A DNA stretch of 55,059 nucleotides, the filler included, from Dirinaria sp. TL-2023a (lineage: Eukaryota), in the NCBI GenBank assembly GCA_051941275.1. It is 3 parts of 3 records of this genome, joined end to end, with 100 filler letters (N's around TTAATTAATTAA, not from the genome) between each part and the next. Parts side by side here need not be neighbours in the genome. Positions count along the whole stretch, not along the records: positions 36,816 to 55,059 come from JAVEBF010000391.1; 2 more parts are not named here. One strand, given 5' to 3'. The position numbers and the translations under genes were made by a program. This document shows, piece after piece, positions 48,001 to 55,059 of the stretch. The first letter of the stretch is position 1. Each line of letters opens with the position of its first letter. The notes below the pieces were generated by a model. The model was not told the origin of the DNA, did not search any database, and saw only the letters and a list, made by a program, of their open reading frames with translations.

Positions 48001-48215
48001 AACTCGAACGCCAGAATCCCTTGTCCATCATCTTCCACAGTGCATGCGCCACGACGATAATCCACTTCGACGTCAATCTTGCGCGCTCCGGCGTCCAAGG
48101 AGTTTTTGACAAGACCTATGATCACATGGTCAAGAGAAGTTATGGTGACCGAGGAGCTGATCTGCTTCGCAACCTCTGTGGGCAAAGGAGCAATTGATTG
48201 ATTGCTAGAGAGCAT
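45098..48215 (-). CDS. MLH3: MutL homologue Mlh3 (intron 47920-47968)
   Basis: GHKL N-terminus (NSLDAGA, VEDDGQGI, GTKV...LF...PVR); endonuclease motif DQHAADERIRVE; SRACRSAIMFND; FPFQCAHGRPSM. Confidence 0.93.
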
Positions 48216-48984
48216 TTTTTGGCATGTTGAGAAGACGAGTCGACGAACAGCGTTCGCCCCGGATCAAGCGGGACTTCCACACACTCTCGCCATAGCTTGC
48301 TTCCCGAGTGGAAGGGTCTGAAGATGGGTGCCATTGCCCATTGCAGAATCAGTAAAAAGAAGGCAGTAGCGTAAAACCGCTTTCCTTTACATACTGCAGG
48401 TACGAGACGTGCGTGGGGACTGATAACGTTGCGCCCCAGAGCATATACCTCTATCTCAGATACTATTCCTCAGGCGCTGTTCCGGTACCAAGTCCTTCGT
48501 GAACTCGTTGGCAAGAAATTGTACCTTTTTTCTGTAATTGATACCGTTGAGGTGCATCTAAGGTGCTAAAGTAAGGTAGACGTTGTCACGAAATTGACTG
48601 GCTTCTCACTCTGGCTACATTAGCGTGATCAATGTTCACTAACAATCCACAGATCTTTGGAGGGATTTGCCGAAGCGGCCTCCGCTTTCCGCCTTCCGAA
48701 GCCTGTTGGTTCAACATTTCCAACCTCCTTCTTGAACTCCAAAGTACCTGAGTACCGTACTCATCTTAAGTTCCCTAGCCGTTTGTCGCTAGGGAAATGG
48801 AAAACGTCTTGTCATACCGCTATTCAAAAAGCAACCGATGGTCTGTGGCTTGAAACCATCGATTTGCCTGCACCAACTACCTGCTATCACTATCGAACTG
48901 CACCAGTCTAAATTACTGTTGTGACCATCGGCTACCACTAAGTGTCCGCTCGACTATAATTTCTACCATTACTTAGCCTCGAAC

Positions 48985-50383
48985 ATGGCGACCGTGGAGC
49001 CGGCACAGCGGCCGCATGGTAAGTCTATCGAAACCATCGATGCTAGCATCCTTGATCTCGAGGCTGCCACTTCTCCTCGCGCTGAACAGAGACTTATTTG
49101 TTGTAGATAGGCATTCTCGTCGGAGACCGTTCTCGAATTGGATGAAACGTCTCGCGAATCTCAAGAGCTCCTCCTCTGACTCAACGACCAATGGCACCAG
49201 CAAACGAGGTCAGCAGCCACCCTATTCAAAATCAAAGAAGGACCAACCTCTGAAGAACAATCCCTATCCCATTTCTGGAAAGCCCAAAACGAACGTTACC
49301 AATGGCCCAAACCATCTCTCCTTCAGCACACCTCCGTCCGGTCGAAGCGTGAGCAATGTGTCGCGTTCACAAAGCAAGGTATCTCTGCCAGTCTCAAGTG
49401 ATGACCAGCAAGCACCCACCATCAGCAACAAGTCAGCTGCACCAACGTTATCCACGAACCCTGACACGGTCAACTCGGACACAGCCCCTTCAAAGACCGG
49501 CACAACAGGTACTGTTGGAGGCGCGTTGAGCGCCGGCGGTAAAGGCGGTGGCGAGGGAAGCACATTCTCTTCACCTGCGCCGTCTGTACGGTCCTTGACT
49601 ACCACCCTGACAACAATACAATCGTCAGCGCCATCGAACATGCTAGCTGGCAGTCAAGCTCATCATCAAGGAAGCCAGCACGCAGTCTCTTCGTCGAATC
49701 ATCAGAGCCAGAATCAGTCTACACATTTCACTCATCAATTTCCATCCTCACCGCCAGCTTCTGCTATACCTTCGCACCTGGTAAACCAGACAAGCGGAGG
49801 TGGTCATCCTGCCACCTATACTACAGCTACAGCGAACAACGTCCTGACCGACAATGCATCTATCATGACCCTCGCTTCGTCATCCAAGAGACGGCGCCGG
49901 AACTCACTCGACACCAATGCGTCAGTGAGAGCGCTTGCACCATCTTCTTTGTTTGGCGGGAGCAGGGAATCGCTTCCGCTGAGCGTCCTCAGCGCTAACG
50001 TCACTGATCAACCTGGGTCTACTAACCTGCATCAAGCTCGCCACCCAAGCACAGGTTTGCCAAACACTGAACGAGCAAGTGTGTATTCGTCGTCCGGCAT
50101 TGCTCCAGCACTCAGCAGTGAGCGGAATAGCTACTACGCGGGGAAACAGAATATCGGCGGAGACAATGGAAGTATGAGAAGCGGTCTGCTTGGACATGGT
50201 AGAAATGATAGCATCACCGGTAGCATTGGAGGCCACGCCACTACAGGCAGTCCACTGGCTAGTCCTCGGGACGTGCCTGTCCAGGGTAAGGTGAGCCGGC
50301 GGAACTCGGGATGGGGAGAAGTCAACGAGGAGGATATCGCATCTGATGATGAGGAGACCGATGCAGACAAGAAAGCATCCTGA
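48985..50383 (+). CDS. Ser/Thr/Gly-rich, largely disordered protein of unknown function (1 intron near the 5' end)
   Basis: ATG at 48985, GTAAGT...TAG intron, then a long ORF with compact motif-like islands WMKRLANLK, SPAPSVRSLTTTLTT, TDNASIMTLASSSKRRRRNSLDTNASVRALAPSSLFGGSRESLPLSVLS, SRRNSGW. Confidence 0.85.
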
Positions 50384-50709
50384 GGGCTCCCCGTCGAATC
50401 CGAAGGGGATACGACTCCGGAACGGTGGTTGGGCCAATTCCCCACAGAAAGGCGGTGACGGGGCCGCAGACAGGATGATTTGGCTTGTTGGCTACTGGAG
50501 ATGATGGCATGTTTGTAACTATACCCAACTCGCTAAGGTGTATGCATTCCAAAGTCGCTAGAAATCGAACTTTCATCTGTCAGGCCTTCGTTCGATCCGC
50601 GTACCTCATTTCATTTCAAATTTGTTCTTTTTTTTTTCATCGTGGATCGTGGGGTTATTAAATTGTGATCGGTAATGATGCCTGAGGACGTGCCTCGTGC
50701 CTCCGTGCG

Positions 50710-50802
50710 TACTGCGTACTTACCTAAGGTAGGTACCTAGGTAAGGTGGTAGGTATCTTACCTACCTTACCTAAGGTACCTTACCTTACGAGCTTACCTT
50801 AT
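50710..50802. repeat. TAGGTA/TACCTA/TAAGGTA low-complexity inverted-repeat array
   Basis: tacttacctaaggtaggtacctaggtaaggtggtaggtatcttacctaccttacctaaggtaccttaccttac read directly. Confidence 0.8.
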
Positions 50803-51064
50803 TAGTCCATCACATGTTTAGCGCGATACCTTAAGCAAAGTGACTTGCATCGAAGCCTCTAAGAAGTACCTCAACGGACTTTTTGGTACCGGAGTCCTGG
50901 TCATAAGGTACGAGTACAGTACTTCTGCAGCGAGAACCATCAACAGGGCCAGAAACCCTTGGAAGCAGTGCGCGTAAATTAATTATGTAGGAACTGTGTG
51001 ATCCCTGCCCGCCGCTTGCCATCAAATTGTTAGAGGGGAACACACCGCATCTGGCTTCATGAGC

Positions 51065-52790
51065 ATGAAACGGAGTACTAGTGCAAGGGAGGGATTGGTG
51101 TCTCCTCCGCCGACCAAGCGGAGAGTTGACCCGAACATAACAGGTAATAGACTTCTGATCACGATCCAGCATCCATAATGAAAGAGTGAGCAGGCAAAGC
51201 AATCGCAAGCTTCTTCACCCCCGCATCAAAGAAGCAGCCAAGCCAACTGATATGGCGGGTCATCAACAGCAGCCTTCTTCTTGGTAGCTATGATCCAAGG
51301 TCTGGCAACAATCCCCCCGAGAGGCGAAAGATTGCGGCTTTCGATCTCGTGAGATCCGATTTCATCCTCTTCTCGTCCTCGTTGTTTACCCTTGGTAGGA
51401 TTCGACATTGATTAAGACCTCATCAGGCACTGTCTTCGGAAAAGATGCTGAAGACTGGACTTGGTGGAATCCTATAGTGCCTTCCACATTAAAGAAAGTC
51501 TACGAAGACGGGTAAGCGCCATCAAATGTTAAGATGGACTTGCAATCATTCTGATCCACATGTGCTGGAGAGCTGAGTTGTGTTTAGATTCGCAATTGCG
51601 ATACTCACAAATCAAGGGAGACTCAGTCTCAAGAACGACACGAAGACAGTCAAGACCGATCAGAAGAGTCTAGCTACGTTCAAAACAAAGGTTGATGCCA
51701 TCTTGTCGCATTTCGACTATCCGATCATTTTGCTTGCAGCGACTGCTCGAGATCAATATCGCAAGCCGCGGCTTGGAATGTGGAATGAGCTTTTGGACGA
51801 ACTTGATCTTGAGGTTGGCGATGGACCAGATTTGTCTGCTTCGTTCTTCGTTGGCGATGCAGCTGGTCGTCCAGCCCGAGATAGTGCAAAGGCAGATCAT
51901 TCCTGTTCGGATAGGGATTTTGCAGAGAATGTTGGTATTCGTTTCCAGACGCCAGAGGAGTACTTTCTCCACAAAGCACCAGAGCCCTATATTCGCCACT
52001 TCGTTCCAACCGAATACATCAAACCAAGCCTCAGCGATGCTCCAAATGCTAGTAAGCCGGCCATCCGCAACCCACGGTATGAACTCGCTCTAAAGCCATC
52101 TCAGTCCCAAGCGATATCACCAAAAAGAACGACCTTGATTTAGTTCTTTTATGTGGCAGTCCTGCTGCTGGTAAATCAACTTTCTATTGGACTCATCTAA
52201 GGCCTCTAGGCTACGAGCGCGTCAATCAGGACTTACTAAAAACCGTAAGTTGCTCGTGATTATAAACAGGCGCTCAATGCTAAGAGTCAAGTCCGGCAGA
52301 GGGACAAATGTGTCAAAGTAGCTTTCAACTTCCTGTCCGAGGGAAAGTCAGTAACGATCGGTAAGGGTTATCCGGGACCGGTACAATGCTCTCCTTGAAG
52401 GCTGATGATGGGGCTAGACAACACCAATGCCGACATCGCCACTCGAGCTATCTGGATTGATCTTGCCAGCAAATTCAAGGTTCCAATCAGATGCGTCTAT
52501 TTTACAGCTTCGGCTAAGCTTTGCGAGCACAACGACACCGTCAGGGCTCTAACCATAGGTTCTTTCAACCCAGAGAAGCGTTCCATCCTCCCGCATTCAG
52601 CATTCACAGGGTTTGCTGCAAGATTTAAAGAACCAAGCGAACATGAGGGGTTTCAGGACCTTACACACATTGACTTTCAGGTAAGCTCCCGTTTTAACGC
52701 TTGCTGCACATTTGACAGGAGCTTATCGAAGAATCCAAGTTCAGTGGAGGCCTAGATGAAAGCCGGCTTTGGAGCCAATACTGGTTATGA
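51065..52790 (+). CDS. PNK1: Bifunctional polynucleotide kinase 3'-phosphatase (multi-exon)
   Basis: HAD motif AAFDL|DSTL, TNQG, RKPRLGMW, FFVGDAAGRP...DHS.SDR.FA.N.G..F.TPEE.F; kinase P-loop GSPAAGKST, VNQD.LK, DNTNAD..TR. Confidence 0.95.
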
Positions 52791-55059
52791 AGGGATTGAT
52801 CTCGACCACAAGACTGCATATTCAAAGACGATCCTATACAAGGTTCTCTAGCTGCATGCCAACACTACTACATACAACATACGCCTCTCGCCCTACGTGG
52901 CGGCTTCGCTAAAATTCAGCCCGCTGTCAATGTCAGTATAGCAGAGTGCTTCTTTTAGTAACATGAGGTTTTGGGATATGTCATCAACGCCTGAAAGAGT
53001 TGTGGCTAGACAGCTTGTGAAGTACTCCTTAAACTGAAAATTTCCTGATCAACCGGTGCATGTTCGCGGTAGATTGCCGACAAGTCTCGGCTACTTCACT
53101 GGCTCCACAGGTAACAACTCATGTTCGACATCTCCAGCTGTACTTCCAATGCTGCAACCCCCATTACTGCCAGCGTGGCTCTGCATCACTCAAAATTTGC
53201 AGTGCTACATGCACCAGACCCTTGCACGTGTGGATCGACGGCTATCTGTGAGGAAAAGGCCTCTTAGTAAGGCTCTTAGTACCAGGATGCACTCCACAAT
53301 GCACCTAAGAAGGACGCTTCGAAACGGCCTAGTATGGACTTGTTGACGGTTCTTGGCATGTAGTCACTCAAGGCTTGCTCCAGGCTTTTTCTACAACGAT
53401 AGCGAAGTTTTCTTATCGAGTATCCACGCTGTGCTTCCCACCCACATCGTCTCGTGCCGTGAAACACGACCGTAATTGGGCCACTCACACAACGATTTCT
53501 CGGTTGACAGGGTGGGAAGTGTTGTTCTGATGTTGTAACTACAGTAAATGCTGTGCAAACTGCAAACAGTGCATTCGCAGAGAGCGTGTGGAAGCACGAG
53601 CTGGTTCTGAGAAGGCCTTTCTCGTTGCGGATCGAGACAAATGGAAGAGGATCTCCCGCTACGACCTGCTCCGTCCACCGGGCCCCCCTGTCAGACGGGT
53701 AAGGACCAAAGGGGCAGCAGGCAGGGTGTGCACTGTGCAGCTTCTGAAGCCACCACAGCGGCCGAAGCTGCAATCGCCCGGTTTACCCGCTGCGTTGAGC
53801 GATTGTCGATCCCCCTGCGAGTGCCGGCGCTCGAACCATCTGTCGTGTCCAAGCTTTTTGCTCTTTTGAGGACTTTGGACATGCAGGTAGCTGTCGCCGT
53901 CCCTTACAGCTGGGACCGAGGATTCTGAAGGTACTCGTAATTCTCATTATGTCAACCGTCCTGGTGGTGGTCGTGCCAATGCAAGCCGTTTGGTATCTGC
54001 TCATGACTACATTTTGCATGCAGTATTGTACGCTGGCAATTGGAGGTCCATGCGCAGGCGGTTTGGTTCGAACGCGCCAACCGACCGTGGTTCAGTGGTT
54101 TACTGGTTCCCCTGCTTGGTGCGCTTCTGTTTCGCCTGGTGGGATCATGTGACTGGGTGAGGGGATACGCATTTCTGATTGGCAGCATTCCTTATTCGTC
54201 ATGTTGCTCTGGTGTATTATTATTTGTTGTCCAGATGAAGTGCGTTCTGCCTTACCTTAGGTTATTTCGGGCTGCTTCTCTCTCTGTTCGAGATCTGGTA
54301 TTCGGGAACGTTCGGTGTTTTTGTGTTGCTACCAAATGCGCCATAGAGCGAAAGCATCTTCTTGCTCCCTCGGTACCGAGCGACCAGGTGCCTTCACCTT
54401 TGCCCGCCTCCCCGGCCGCTGTTTGGTTTCGGGGGAGGGAAGGTGTGGTGGATTTATGGTTCCAAGCTAATGAGTGGTTCTGGTTCTAGCTGTTTGACCA
54501 GGATTATCTTTAGCATTGCTTAGCACTCGTACCACTCTCTACCTTACTCGTACTCTTGTGTACTTGTACTGTACTCGCGAAAGCGCCGGTAGAACCTTCT
54601 ACCGCATCCTCTTCAGGAGGCGATCCTCCAATTCGGCCCCTCCCACTGCCCAGGCTCCCAGGCTGCCACCCCAGCCATTATTTTTTTTTTTTTTTCTCTT
54701 CCCACTACCAGGATGGCACAGGATTGGGAGGGAAAAGCAAGTCTGGCAGCTGCAGAGATGCCAGATACCCTAGAGATGGCCAACTCACCATGGCTCCATT
54801 GAGTAAGCGTCTGGAGCCCAGAAGTGCCAACTACGCAAGCCTTCCTAGTGCTACTCATCTCTGTGATTACTTTATTGTTATTATGTACAGTGTACTCCGT
54901 ACAGTATTGCCTTACTGTACCTTGAGGTGTATATACTTTTCATCGCGTGCGCGGACGCATCCCGGCCCCATCCCGGCCCCTACATTAGTACTGCAGCGCC
55001 GGCACTCCGTACAGGGCAAACTGTAAAAGAGAGAACCTTTTCTTCGCGGCCTTTGATAC

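Noticed and set aside
48206..48226. Out-of-frame upstream ATG overlapping the MLH3 start (MPKNAL-stop)
   Set aside because: Could be a regulatory uORF or a one-base homopolymer error in the A run; undecidable without reads.
52890..55059. Multiple 60-165-aa ORFs and some intron-like signals after PNK1
   Set aside because: No splice model gave a continuous frame and no domain was recognisable; treated as intergenic or possible lncRNA.

Overview
Gene-dense genomic DNA from a filamentous ascomycete (Pezizomycotina-type genes with short GT-AG introns). Two artificial 100-nt spacers (N44-TTAATTAATTAA-N44, at 18349-18448 and 36716-36815) split the window into three contigs. Segment 1 (1-18348) looks accessory. 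It holds a probable, heavily decayed Ty1/copia retrotransposon relic, a divergent cytochrome P450 / MATE exporter pair, a CorA-like (GMN) membrane protein, an SDR and a Pth11-like membrane protein, with no biosynthetic backbone gene. Segments 2-3 are housekeeping: VPS52, a PPR protein, NAM9/uS4m, La/LHP1, CAP/SRV2, a Mak32-like pfkB protein, a small complex-I-like subunit, MRPL3/mL44, PTEN/TEP1, a DENN+C1 protein, TRAPPC13, a GFA/Mss4-like protein, MLH3, a conserved unknown protein and PNK1. The best unexplained signal is a ~150-nt intergenic element at 36204-36354 that looks like an RNA polymerase III transcription unit. It has a TATA-like site, a tRNA-type A box and a T6 terminator, and would encode a multi-hairpin RNA with a kink-turn and a GNRA tetraloop that I cannot assign to a known family. 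Other points: an MLH3 with a degenerate ATPase site, 5-nt and 7-nt micro-exons, a motif pair bracketing the MATE gene, recurrent TAGGTA/TACGGAGTA intergenic palindromes, and a gene apparently cut by an assembly gap. All calls come from manual reading and motif recognition; no searches were run.
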